Assembly: GCA_965217125.1 (NCBI GenBank)
Contig: OZ244244.1
Coordinates: 719,358 to 783,357, forward strand
Direction: 5' to 3'
Origin: Gammaproteobacteria bacterium
GTDB taxonomy: Bacteria; Pseudomonadota; Gammaproteobacteria; PS1; Pseudothioglobaceae
Length of the DNA stretch: 64,000 bases
Shown: positions 35,051-44,354 of the stretch, piece by piece
How positions within the stretch are numbered: the stretch's first letter is position 1
How the letters are laid out: the number at the start of each line of letters is the position of its first letter
Made by a program: the position numbers and the translations under genes
Notes under the pieces: model-generated
What the model saw: the letters and a program-made list of their open reading frames with translations, nothing else
Databases searched by the model: none
Told to the model about the DNA's origin: nothing

Positions 35051-35572
35051 ATGACTATTATGGGCTATGAACATATTGAAGTAATTTGGGATTTAGCAAC
35101 ATCAATTACTATTATAGGTGCTGCAATATCTTTCTTGATTTCTCAAAGAAAATCAAGAAAACAACACAAGGATACTTTTGCTTTTGAAAAAGTGCAAGAA
35201 GTAATATCACTATTCTCGGACGCTGGAATAGAAAATGACATTTTAGTAGGAAGGAGAGAATATAATGAAGATAAATTAGAGGAGGCAAAAAAGGCAAAAG
35301 ATGAATTAGAGATAGCAAAAATTAGTAATGATATTAAAGACGGTTTGGATAAAACAAACTATATATTTAGTGATTTATACGCTAAACTTATGATTAAAAG
35401 ACATATTTTTAAAATATTTGCCACTGAAGAAGAGTTAGTTGTTTTAAAGGATTCAATTGTTTTTGCAGAATTATTAAAGGAAGATATGGACAAGCATCTT
35501 GGCGATTTTCCCGAGAAAATAGAAAAATTAGTTGAGATATTAAAACCAAGATATGAAGCAATGAAAGGATAA
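35051..35572 (+). CDS. Hypothetical protein with one N-terminal TM helix (173 aa)
   Basis: ORF with an RBS (aaggagaa). K/E-rich helical body. No motif recognised. Confidence 0.5.
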   Translation: MTIMGYEHIEVIWDLATSITIIGAAISFLISQRKSRKQHKDTFAFEKVQEVISLFSDAGIENDILVGRREYNEDKLEEAKKAKDELEIAKISNDIKDGLDKTNYIFSDLYAKLMIKRHIFKIFATEEELVVLKDSIVFAELLKEDMDKHLGDFPEKIEKLVEILKPRYEAMKG

Positions 35573-35593
35573 AACCACCTAACAAATTATCAT

Positions 35594-35610
35594 GGCCCCG
35601 CAAAGGGGCC
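35594..35610 (+). terminator. GC-rich hairpin GGCCCC-GCAAA-GGGGCC
   Basis: A perfect 6-bp GC stem conspicuous in AT-rich DNA, 22 nt after the stop at 35572. No clear T-tract follows, so terminator function is uncertain. Confidence 0.35.
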
Positions 35611-35746
35611 TAAAGTTGAGCGTGTTACGCATCTAAAAAACAAACTAATTTTTTATCCTCCCTCTAATAAATAAAATTACTATTTTTCATTACGATTAAT
35701 TATTAAAGGATTTATAATATATAAATTTAAAACTCAATTCTGCGGC

Positions 35747-36838
35747 ATGCAAAAATTAAAACAACTCAGAGACAAAATCGATGCAATAGACAGGCAAATT
35801 CAGTCGCTGATTGCTAAGCGTGCTGAGCTTGTATCAGTGGTAGCAGAAGTTAAAAATACCCAAAAGGCAGACTCAGCCGCAACAGCTCAAAGTGTTTTCT
35901 ACCGCCCTGAACGCGAGGCGCAAGTGTTACGCTGTATTATTGAGCGTAATAATAGCCTACTTAAAGACCAAGATATGGCGCATATTTTCCGTGAAATTAT
36001 GTCCGCCTGCTTAGCACTTGAACAGCCACTTAATGTTGCCTACTTAGGCCCTGAAGGCACTTACACCCAAGAAGCGGCACTCAAACATTTTGGCCATGCA
36101 GTCTCAACACTGGATTGCGGCAGTATTGATGATATTTTTTCTGCCGTTGATAAAGGCAATGCGCATTATGGCATGGTGCCGGTCGAAAACTCTTCAAATG
36201 GCGTGGTTGGCGGCACGATAGATATGCTTTACAGCACTGATTTGAATATTTGTGGCGAGGTTGAGGTTAGCATTCGTCATCAACTAATGATGTTAGATGC
36301 TCAAGCTAAAATCAAAACTATTTATGCCCATCAACAAGCCTTAGACCAATGCAGACGCTACTTAGAAAATCATTATCCTAAGGCGGCACTAAAAGCAGTT
36401 TCTTCAAATGCTTTGGCAGCAAAACTTTGTCAAGACGAGCCAAACGCCGCCGCTATCGCCTCAGAAAGTGCCTTAGGCATTTACAATCTGCAAAAAGTTG
36501 ATTGCAATATCGAAGACAAAGCCGGCAATACCACACGCTTTTTAGTTATCGGCAAAGACACTATTTTGCCATCCGCTAAGGATAAAACTTCATTATTGAT
36601 TACCGTAAAACACCAATCAGGCAGCTTATTTGACCTATTAGAACCCTTCAAACGCGCAAACATTAATTTACTCCAACTCGCCAAACACCCAATCCCAGGC
36701 GTTAAATGGGAATACATATTCCTCATCGACATCGAAGGTCACCAAGACGACACCCTAGTCAAAAACGCCATAAACACCGTCAAACAAAAATCCCTCAAAC
36801 TCAAAATCCTCGGCTCCTATCCTGTTGCAGTTTTGTAG
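35747..36838 (+). CDS. pheA: Bifunctional chorismate mutase / prephenate dehydratase (P-protein)
   Basis: N-terminal CM helix (LRDKIDAIDRQI..LI.KRAEL), the PDT domain (VAYLGPEGTYTQEAA, TRFLVIG) and a C-terminal ACT domain. Confidence 0.9.
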   Translation: MQKLKQLRDKIDAIDRQIQSLIAKRAELVSVVAEVKNTQKADSAATAQSVFYRPEREAQVLRCIIERNNSLLKDQDMAHIFREIMSACLALEQPLNVAYLGPEGTYTQEAALKHFGHAVSTLDCGSIDDIFSAVDKGNAHYGMVPVENSSNGVVGGTIDMLYSTDLNICGEVEVSIRHQLMMLDAQAKIKTIYAHQQALDQCRRYLENHYPKAALKAVSSNALAAKLCQDEPNAAAIASESALGIYNLQKVDCNIEDKAGNTTRFLVIGKDTILPSAKDKTSLLITVKHQSGSLFDLLEPFKRANINLLQLAKHPIPGVKWEYIFLIDIEGHQDDTLVKNAINTVKQKSLKLKILGSYPVAVL

Positions 36839-36947
36839 TTTTATTAAATTCTGCTTAGCTGTTGAGATTGTAGCGTTTTTTGGTGGTAAAATTGAGTATT
36901 TAAAAGCACTTGCACAGTTGAAGTGATATTTATAATGGAGTAGGTTA

Positions 36948-39581
36948 ATGAGCACAACAATAGATGAGTATTCAATTTTTGCCAATGGCTCATGTTGGCT
37001 AAAAACTGATTTTCACCTTCATACTAAAGCAGATAAAGAATTTAAGTATTCTGGGGATGATAATTCTTTTAGCAGTGATTATGTTAATAAATTAAAACAG
37101 CAGAGTATTAATATTGGCATAATTACCAATCACAATAAATTTGATTGGAATGAGTATAAAGCACTGAAAAAGAAAGCAAAAAGAGAAGAAATATTGTTAT
37201 TGCCAGGTGTTGAATTGTCAGTTAATGATGGTGCAAATGGCATCCATACATTAGTAGTTTTTTCTGAGCAATGGCTAGAAAATGGCAATGATTATATCAA
37301 TCAATTTTTGGGTGTAGTCTTTGAAGGGAAAACACCTGCTCAATATGAACAAGAAAATGGACGAAGTTCTTACAACCTTATAGATACTATTAAAAAATTG
37401 AATGGCTATCATAAAGATTATTTTCTTGTTTTTGCCCATGTAGAGCAAAATAGTGGCTTATGGCATGAGCTTGATGGGGGACGTATTGAGGAACTTGCTA
37501 CAAATAAATACTTCAAACAGCGCACACTAGGTTTTCAAAAAGTACGCACTAACGATAAACGAACTAAAGTTAAAGAATGGTTTAAAGACTGGTATCCTGC
37601 CGAATTAGAAGGCTCGGACAATAAATCAATAGAGCAAATCGGCAAGAATGCTAAAGAAACTTGGTTAAAAATAGGTGATTTTACCTTTGAGGCTATCAAA
37701 TACGCTTTAGCTGACCATGCTAGCCGCGTTGCTAATGAACAGCCACAAAACTGCCAGCATTCGCACATTAAAAGCATCTCATTTGAAGGCGGTGTTTTAG
37801 ATAAACAACAAATTGATTTTTCCCCTGAATTGAATTCATTAATCGGCATTCGCGGTAGCGGTAAATCTTCTATTGTTGAGGCAATTCGTTATTTACTTAA
37901 CATATCTTTTGGCGATAAAACCATCGATAAAGAATATAAAGATTCATTAGTTGCACATACACTAGGCAGTGGAGGCAAGGTTATCATAGCAGCAGTGGAC
38001 AAGCATGGGCAGGATTATAATATTAGCCGCATATTAAATGAGCAGCCAGAAGTATTTATTGATGGTGAATTGCAGATTGGTATTTCTATTCGGGAAACTA
38101 TTATCCATAAACCTATTTATTTTGGACAAAAAGACCTTTCCAGATCTGGTGAGGGCTTTGAAAAAGATTTGGTAGAAAAATTATTAGGTGATAAATTAAC
38201 TGATATTAGGCGGCAGATAAACAATCAAAAAGCAGTCATTAGTCAGCAATGCGACAAATTAAACTCGCTAAGCAATATTGATGAAAAAATCACAGAAAAT
38301 ATAGACAAGCAAAAAGATGCGCAATATAGGCTGAAAATATTTCAAGACAATGGCATTGAAGATAAATTACAAAAACAAACTGATTTTAATACAGATGATA
38401 AAAAAATAAAAATTATTATCAATAGTATTAATGAGTATAAAAACGCCTTAACAGAAGTGATTAACCAGTATGAAGATGAGTTAAAAAACCATTGCTCCTA
38501 TCAATCAAAACAAAATAAAGCCTTCTTTTCCAAATTTTTTGATATTTATCAGATTGAATTAAAAGCCTTTGATAATATCAAGATAGAGGTTACTAAAATA
38601 AGAGAGCAATTGGCTAAGTTGCAAGATAAATCAACAGTGTTTTCTAACTTAAAAAAAGAGCAATTAAACCAATTTGCACAGGTGCGTAGAGAATTAGAGG
38701 CTGATTTAAAAACACAAGGCAAACAGTTAAATTTAGAAGAGTTTCCTAAATTGCAAAGAACTATTGAAACCACTAAACAATTGTTAGAGTCATTGAGTAA
38801 AGAAAGCAAAAAAACCACTGTCATCAAATATAATCTAATTATAAACTTGTCTAAACTTAATGATCTTTGGCGCCAAGAATATAAACTCATTGAAGCAGAA
38901 CTTGTACAAATTAATCAGAACCATACTGCATTACAAATCAGTAGCGAATACAAAGGGGATAAGGACGCATTTTTAGAGTATTTTAAAAGGATTTTCAGAG
39001 GTAGTCATATTCGAGAAAATAATTTGCAAAAGATAGTCAGCGATTATGCCGATTTTACCGCTATTTATCAGGACTTAAATAATGTTAAAGCACTGGCAAA
39101 GGTAGAAATCTTTGAACAATATTTTACTGATAATATAAAAAAGTTATTAAATTGGCAGGTGCCTAACAAGTTTGTTATTAAATATCACGGGAAAGAATTG
39201 CAAAATCACTCTTTAGGGCAAAGAGCATCGGCTTTAATTTTATTTGTTTTGAGTCAAAAAGAAAATCATTTAGTGATGATTGACCAACCTGAAGATGATT
39301 TGGATAATCAAACCATTTATGAGGATGTTATTAAACTAGTGCGCAAACTAAAACCAAAAACTCAATTTATTTTTGCAACCCATAATGCCAATTTTCCCGT
39401 ATTAGGTGATTCAGAACAAATTCATGCTTGTGAATATTCAGACGAGTCTATGAAAATAAAAAGCGGCAGTATAGATTCTCCTATTATTCAACAAGAGATA
39501 GTCAATATTATGGAAGGCGGCGAAGATGCTTTTAACAAACGAAAGGAAATTTACCAGATATGGAAACCTCAGAACTCTTAG
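36948..39581 (+). CDS. PHP-domain phosphoesterase fused to an ABC/SMC-type ATPase (architecture like the single-gene defence system Ppl)
   Basis: PHP motifs DFHLHT, ITNHN, PGVELS, FAHVE. Walker A GIRGSGKSSIVEAIRYLL, a long K/E/Q-rich coiled-coil-like insert, signature-like HSLGQRASAL, Walker B HLVMIDQPEDDLD, H-loop FIFATHNAN. Confidence 0.6.
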   Translation: MSTTIDEYSIFANGSCWLKTDFHLHTKADKEFKYSGDDNSFSSDYVNKLKQQSINIGIITNHNKFDWNEYKALKKKAKREEILLLPGVELSVNDGANGIHTLVVFSEQWLENGNDYINQFLGVVFEGKTPAQYEQENGRSSYNLIDTIKKLNGYHKDYFLVFAHVEQNSGLWHELDGGRIEELATNKYFKQRTLGFQKVRTNDKRTKVKEWFKDWYPAELEGSDNKSIEQIGKNAKETWLKIGDFTFEAIKYALADHASRVANEQPQNCQHSHIKSISFEGGVLDKQQIDFSPELNSLIGIRGSGKSSIVEAIRYLLNISFGDKTIDKEYKDSLVAHTLGSGGKVIIAAVDKHGQDYNISRILNEQPEVFIDGELQIGISIRETIIHKPIYFGQKDLSRSGEGFEKDLVEKLLGDKLTDIRRQINNQKAVISQQCDKLNSLSNIDEKITENIDKQKDAQYRLKIFQDNGIEDKLQKQTDFNTDDKKIKIIINSINEYKNALTEVINQYEDELKNHCSYQSKQNKAFFSKFFDIYQIELKAFDNIKIEVTKIREQLAKLQDKSTVFSNLKKEQLNQFAQVRRELEADLKTQGKQLNLEEFPKLQRTIETTKQLLESLSKESKKTTVIKYNLIINLSKLNDLWRQEYKLIEAELVQINQNHTALQISSEYKGDKDAFLEYFKRIFRGSHIRENNLQKIVSDYADFTAIYQDLNNVKALAKVEIFEQYFTDNIKKLLNWQVPNKFVIKYHGKELQNHSLGQRASALILFVLSQKENHLVMIDQPEDDLDNQTIYEDVIKLVRKLKPKTQFIFATHNANFPVLGDSEQIHACEYSDESMKIKSGSIDSPIIQQEIVNIMEGGEDAFNKRKEIYQIWKPQNS

Positions 39582-40705
39582 AAATTATCGCCAGAGGCGA
39601 AGATAGCAAGCATCAATTTAAAGCTAACATTACTAATGAAACCTCATTAGCTCAAGAAATGATAGCCTTTAGTAATACGCTTGGTGGCATGATGATAATA
39701 GGCATATCAGATGATGGTGCGGTATCAGGCTTAACTCCTGAAAGTATAAAAAAACTAGACAATACTATTTCTAACGCAGCATCACAACAGATAAAACCAG
39801 CAATTAACCCTATAACTGAAAATATTGCATTAAATGACAGTTTAGTAACAGTGATACATATATTTAAAGGAATATCCAAGCCTTATATGGATAAAAACGG
39901 CGTAATTTGGGTAAAAAGCGGTGCCGATAAAAGGAAAGCCACTGCCAGAGAAGAAATTCAGCGTATGTATCAAAGTGCTGGCTTATTGCATGGTGATGAA
40001 ATTTTAGTACCCACTATGACAGTGGCTAATTTAGATGATAATGCTTTTTCTGACTTTTATGAAATACAATATGAAGAAAAATTAGAACAAAATTTACCCT
40101 TTAAGCAACTATTAGATAATTTGAATTTAAGTAGAGATGGCACACTTAATGTTGCAGGAGCTTTACTTTTTGGTAAAGATGTGGCATTAAAATTACCCGC
40201 TTTTATTGTTAAATGTGTTACTTATCCAAATGCTGATATTGATGAAGATAATTATATTGATAGTCAAGATATGACAGGAATATTAGAAAAAGTTTTTGAC
40301 GATACACTTGGATTTATATTAAGGAATGTAGAAAGGAAGCAGCAAAATCAAGGTGTAAATTCACTGGGTAAATTGGCTATTCCAGAAATAGTTTTTGAGG
40401 AGTTGATTGTAAATGCCTTAATTCATCGTGATTATTTTATTTCTGCACCTGTAAGGGTGTTTATTTTTAGCGATCGTATTGAGATTATTAGTCCAGGACA
40501 CCTTCCAAATAACTTGACAATTGAAAATATAAAACAAGGAAATTCAAATATAAGAAACCCAATTTTAGCATCATTTGCCACTAAAATTCTTCCGTATAGA
40601 GGCTTAGGCAATGGAATTAGAAGAGCTATAAAAGCTTATGAAAAAATTGAATTTATTGAAGACCGAGATGGAAATAGCCTAAAAGTTGTTATTTACAAAC
40701 AATAA
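39560..40705 (+). CDS. Schlafen/AlbA_2 domain plus RecG-like ATP-binding (HATPase_c_4-type) protein
   Basis: N-terminal GEDSKHQFKAN......EMIAFSNTLGGMMIIGISDDG (AlbA_2 pattern). C-terminal ELIVNALIHRDY...PGHLPN. Start overlaps the upstream gene by 22 nt. Confidence 0.65.
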   Translation: METSELLEIIARGEDSKHQFKANITNETSLAQEMIAFSNTLGGMMIIGISDDGAVSGLTPESIKKLDNTISNAASQQIKPAINPITENIALNDSLVTVIHIFKGISKPYMDKNGVIWVKSGADKRKATAREEIQRMYQSAGLLHGDEILVPTMTVANLDDNAFSDFYEIQYEEKLEQNLPFKQLLDNLNLSRDGTLNVAGALLFGKDVALKLPAFIVKCVTYPNADIDEDNYIDSQDMTGILEKVFDDTLGFILRNVERKQQNQGVNSLGKLAIPEIVFEELIVNALIHRDYFISAPVRVFIFSDRIEIISPGHLPNNLTIENIKQGNSNIRNPILASFATKILPYRGLGNGIRRAIKAYEKIEFIEDRDGNSLKVVIYKQ

Positions 40706-40909
40706 ACCAATAACCAACATATCAGCATAGTCAAACAAACACTCAAAAGACAAAAAATTAGCTGATTATACTTCGCTTATTACTCATTGAGGCGATTAAA
40801 AGCAGGGTGGAATGAGTAAAGTTAACTTTGCAACCAGTGCATATTTTTGATATTTAGATGGCTTGGACAGGTTAAAATAAATATATTTTATAATTTAGTT
40901 ATATTTACA

Positions 40910-42937
40910 ATGGGCTTTAACCAACAATTAGAAAATCTACTAAAGACTTGCGATAAGTTTATTGATTCAGAAAGTGGTAATTTACTAAAACAAAATATCA
41001 GGCACAGTGCCGAGCAATTTGATGATGAATTGATTGCACTATTGTTTAAAAATCAAGCAACTAAAAGCCATTTTTTTAAGGCTGTGGGCAAGACAACGGT
41101 TTTTAATTATCGCAAATTTGTTGATTATATTGATGATAAAAACTTTTTGTTAGATAGTTACACCAAATTTTCTAATAAAGTCGGTTTAACCATTAGCAAT
41201 AAACACATCAAAGCCGTTGATAAAGTGGCACTTGATTTTCCTTTTAAGGATTGCATTTTAGAGGGCGGACAAAGCAAAGACTGCGAAAAACGCAAAGAGA
41301 TATTTTTTAATGAAGTTTTAGCAAAAGATGAAATTAACCGCTTATTGGATAAAAAAGTTATTACAAATGCTACAAAATACACTCAAAAAAGCATTAGCAA
41401 TAAAGTCCGTTTTAATCGTGATGAAAACGGCATAATTAAAGACAATCTCATCATTAAAGGCAATAATCTTTTAGCGCTACACAGCCTAAAAAGCAACTTT
41501 GCTGGCAAAGTCAAACTAATTTATATTGACCCGCCGTATAACACCGGCAACGATAGTTTTAATTACAACGATAATTTTAATCATTCAACTTGGTTGGTTT
41601 TTATGAAAAATCGCTTGGAAGTAGCAAAGGATTTGTTAAGTGATGACGGAGTTATTTTTGTGCAGTGTGATGATAACGAACAGGCTTATTTGAAGGTGTT
41701 GATGGATGAGGTTTTTGGAAAAGATAAGTTTTTATCAACTGTTTATATTCAAGTTAGATATGAAGGAAAAACATTGGTTGAGGATATGGATTTTCAAAAA
41801 CTTATCGAGAGTATCCATATGTACAAAAAAGGAGTATCAGCAAAGTTAAACAAAGACACGGAACAATATAATTATGATAAATTTGTTTGGGACATACAGG
41901 AAATTGGCGACCATACGACCTTAGAAATGAGCGGGAAAAAAGTTGAAATTTTCAAGAAAGGTAATTACAAAATAATAAAGAAAAAATCTAATAAAGACCT
42001 TTTAAAAGAAATCTGGGCTTCTGGAAAAATATTAGACGGAAACTCTTCTGGTAGATTTTTTAGAGATAATATTGTTGGTAGAGATGTAGACGGACTAGAG
42101 ACTTTATATAAGGTATATGGCATTGGTGATGATAAATTTAATTTTAGATACTTTACTGGTCCAAAAAAGGCAAGTGCAACTAAAGGAAAATATTATCAAG
42201 GCGTTCCTCTTAATAAACTTGATAAAAGTAATACAATAAAATTCCTGCCCATCTCTAATTTTTATAATTTTTCTGGCTCTTTTGGTAACTGTAGAAATGA
42301 AGGAGAGGTTAATTTTAGATCTGGAAAAAAACCAGAAAAACTAATCCAAAGAATAATAGAATTAGCCACCAAAAAAGGCGATATAGTTCTTGATTATCAC
42401 TTAGGCAGTGGCACAACTTGTGCAGTAGCCCATAAAATGGAACGGCAATATATCGGCATTGAACAAATGGATTATATTGAGGATATTGCTGTCAAGCGAA
42501 TGCAAAAAGTCATCGGCAAAACCATTAAAAAAGACGGTGAATTATTGGAATCTGTAGATTTTGATACTGGCGGCATCTCTAAAAGCGTTGATTGGCAGGG
42601 CGGCGGTGAATTTATCTATTTTGAATTAGATAAATACAACCAAACATACATTGACAAGCTAAACGCCATTAAATCAGGGCATGCAAGCAGCAAGACCATC
42701 GAGCAGTTATATGATGAAATAGCCAAACACGCTTTTTTAAATTATGATGTCCAAAGCAACAAACTTTTAGCCAATAAAGCCGATTTTGAAGCATTAAGTC
42801 TAAATAAACAATTAGAATTTTTATTCTCAATCCTCAACAAAAACCAACTATACAAAAACTTATCAGAGATTGACGATAAAGATTTAAGCGTGGATGATAA
42901 AACTAAAGCACTAAACAAAGGATTTTACAAGGAGTAA
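40910..42937 (+). CDS. mod: Type III R-M Mod-like N6/N4 DNA methyltransferase (beta class)
   Basis: Motif IV LIYIDPPYNTGND precedes motif I DIVLDYHLGSGTTCAVAHKMERQYIGIE, with a variable middle region. ATG 40910 is preferred over the TTG 40847 of the ORF track. Confidence 0.8.
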   Translation: MGFNQQLENLLKTCDKFIDSESGNLLKQNIRHSAEQFDDELIALLFKNQATKSHFFKAVGKTTVFNYRKFVDYIDDKNFLLDSYTKFSNKVGLTISNKHIKAVDKVALDFPFKDCILEGGQSKDCEKRKEIFFNEVLAKDEINRLLDKKVITNATKYTQKSISNKVRFNRDENGIIKDNLIIKGNNLLALHSLKSNFAGKVKLIYIDPPYNTGNDSFNYNDNFNHSTWLVFMKNRLEVAKDLLSDDGVIFVQCDDNEQAYLKVLMDEVFGKDKFLSTVYIQVRYEGKTLVEDMDFQKLIESIHMYKKGVSAKLNKDTEQYNYDKFVWDIQEIGDHTTLEMSGKKVEIFKKGNYKIIKKKSNKDLLKEIWASGKILDGNSSGRFFRDNIVGRDVDGLETLYKVYGIGDDKFNFRYFTGPKKASATKGKYYQGVPLNKLDKSNTIKFLPISNFYNFSGSFGNCRNEGEVNFRSGKKPEKLIQRIIELATKKGDIVLDYHLGSGTTCAVAHKMERQYIGIEQMDYIEDIAVKRMQKVIGKTIKKDGELLESVDFDTGGISKSVDWQGGGEFIYFELDKYNQTYIDKLNAIKSGHASSKTIEQLYDEIAKHAFLNYDVQSNKLLANKADFEALSLNKQLEFLFSILNKNQLYKNLSEIDDKDLSVDDKTKALNKGFYKE

Positions 42938-42942
42938 CAATT

Positions 42943-43593
42943 ATGAAATATTCAGATACAATATCTCTAGATTGTCCGCATTGTCAAAGTAAGTGCCAAT
43001 TCATCATAGAAAATCAGGCTTATAGTACTTGTAAATCTGATGGTTTAATTCATTCAAGTTATGCTTGTACAAATTGTTTAGGAAAAGTCGTAACAAAATG
43101 GGGAAGGGCTAAAGATGAAACAACAATATTGTATAGTTGCATTCCACTTTCTGTAAAATATAAGCCAAGAATAGATTTGAATACCATTACCAATGAACAA
43201 GTTAAAAAAGATTTTCAAGAGGCTATATCTTGTTATAACAACGATTTACATAATGCCTGTATGATAATGGCACGGCGTGCTATTCAACAAGAAATGATGA
43301 CGATTAGCGAGGTTAAGGACGATGATAATTTATATAAACAAATAGAGTCAATGGGTATCTCGCAACAATTAAAAAATCTGTTAAAAAAGATTAAAAATTT
43401 TGGTAATTATGGTGCTCATCCTGATTTTTGTTTATTTGATGAAAATAAAGAAATTATTGAAGATGAGCAATTGTTTTCAAAATTAAGTTTAGAGTTTTTG
43501 GATAGATATTTTTCCGACCAATATGAAATTAATGCTTTGGTTAATTCTGCCCCTAAAAGCCAAAAAGAATCAGAAGCCACAAATAAAAAGTAA
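42943..43593 (+). CDS. DUF4145-domain protein with an N-terminal Cys-rich (zinc-ribbon-like) region
   Basis: CPHCQSKC...CTNC. Then FQEAISCYNNDLHNACMIMARRAIQQE...LLKKIKNFGNYGAHPD, the DUF4145 pattern commonly embedded in R-M loci. Confidence 0.65.
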   Translation: MKYSDTISLDCPHCQSKCQFIIENQAYSTCKSDGLIHSSYACTNCLGKVVTKWGRAKDETTILYSCIPLSVKYKPRIDLNTITNEQVKKDFQEAISCYNNDLHNACMIMARRAIQQEMMTISEVKDDDNLYKQIESMGISQQLKNLLKKIKNFGNYGAHPDFCLFDENKEIIEDEQLFSKLSLEFLDRYFSDQYEINALVNSAPKSQKESEATNKK

Positions 43594-43619
43594 AAAATGA
43601 GCGATAAATTTTTATTTGA
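43593..43619 (+). repeat. 27-nt direct repeat (copy 1) equal to the res start region
   Basis: aaaaatgagcgataaatttttatttga occurs at 43593-43619 and at 44328-44354. Copy 1 opens only a 19-codon ORF (MSDKFLFDSIKEEFGRVAS*). Confidence 0.9.
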
Positions 43620-43698
43620 TAGCATAAAAGAAGAGTTTGGCAGAGTTGCGAGCTGATATTGATTATCAGTATATTTCTTCAATTAAACAAAGATTTTT

Positions 43699-43968
43699 AT
43701 GAAAACTGAAATTATCAAAACCCTAACGACTGACTTTGAAAGCTCATCTTATAAAACAGATGAGGGGATGGAATTTTGGCTGGCAAGGGATTTACAGCAT
43801 TTATTGGGTTATAGTAAATGGGACAATTTTAAGAATGTTATTTCAAAAGCAAAAACAGCTTGTGAAGTGAGTGGGCATAATATTTCTGAACATTTTCCCG
43901 ATGTCGGGAAAACGATTAGAATGCCTAATGGGGCAGAAAAAGAAATCATTGCTTTTGCCCAGACTTAA
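43699..43968 (+). pseudogene. N-terminal fragment of a DinD-like (DNA-damage-inducible protein D) gene
   Basis: FWLARDLQHLLGYSKWDNFKNVISKAKTACEVSGHNISEHF resembles the DinD N-terminus. It is only 89 aa where full-length DinD-like proteins are ~270 aa. Confidence 0.6.
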
Positions 43969-43988
43969 CAATATGATGATGGGAATCC

Positions 43989-44342
43989 ATGAAGATTAAA
44001 TTAGAAACTACTGAATTAACTAAGTTTGCAAACTTTGTGATGTTTCAAACGGCTACTGGTAAGGCTAATATTGATGTTTTTTTTGCTGATGAGACACTGT
44101 GGCTAACGCAAAAAAAGATAGCATTATTGTTTGAAACGACACCGCAAAATATTACCATACATCTTAAAAATATTTTTATGACAACAGAGCTACTTGAAAA
44201 AGCAACTTGTAAGGATTTCTTACAAGTTCAACAAGAAGGTAATAGAGAGGTTTCACGGCAGTTTAAATATTACAATCTATCGGATTATGTTTCTGATTTT
44301 GATAAACAAATTAAACAAATAAGCAAGAAAAATGAGCGATAA
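43989..44342 (+). pseudogene. Diverged N-terminal fragment of a RhuM-family gene
   Basis: IDVFFADETLWLTQKKIALLFETTPQNITIHLKNIF...EGNREVSRQFKYYNL parallels aa 20-95 of the full RhuM copy at 55151, then breaks off. Its tail overlaps the res start. Confidence 0.65.
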
Positions 44343-44354
44343 ATTTTTATTTGA
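44328..44354 (+). repeat. 27-nt direct repeat (copy 2) at the true res start
   Basis: Identical to 43593-43619. Confidence 0.9.

Noticed and set aside
40910-42937. Simple-sequence repeats in the Type III mod gene that would indicate a phase-variable phasevarion
   Set aside because: Reading through the gene, I saw no tetra- or pentanucleotide repeat tracts or long homopolymers beyond the A/T runs typical of this genome.
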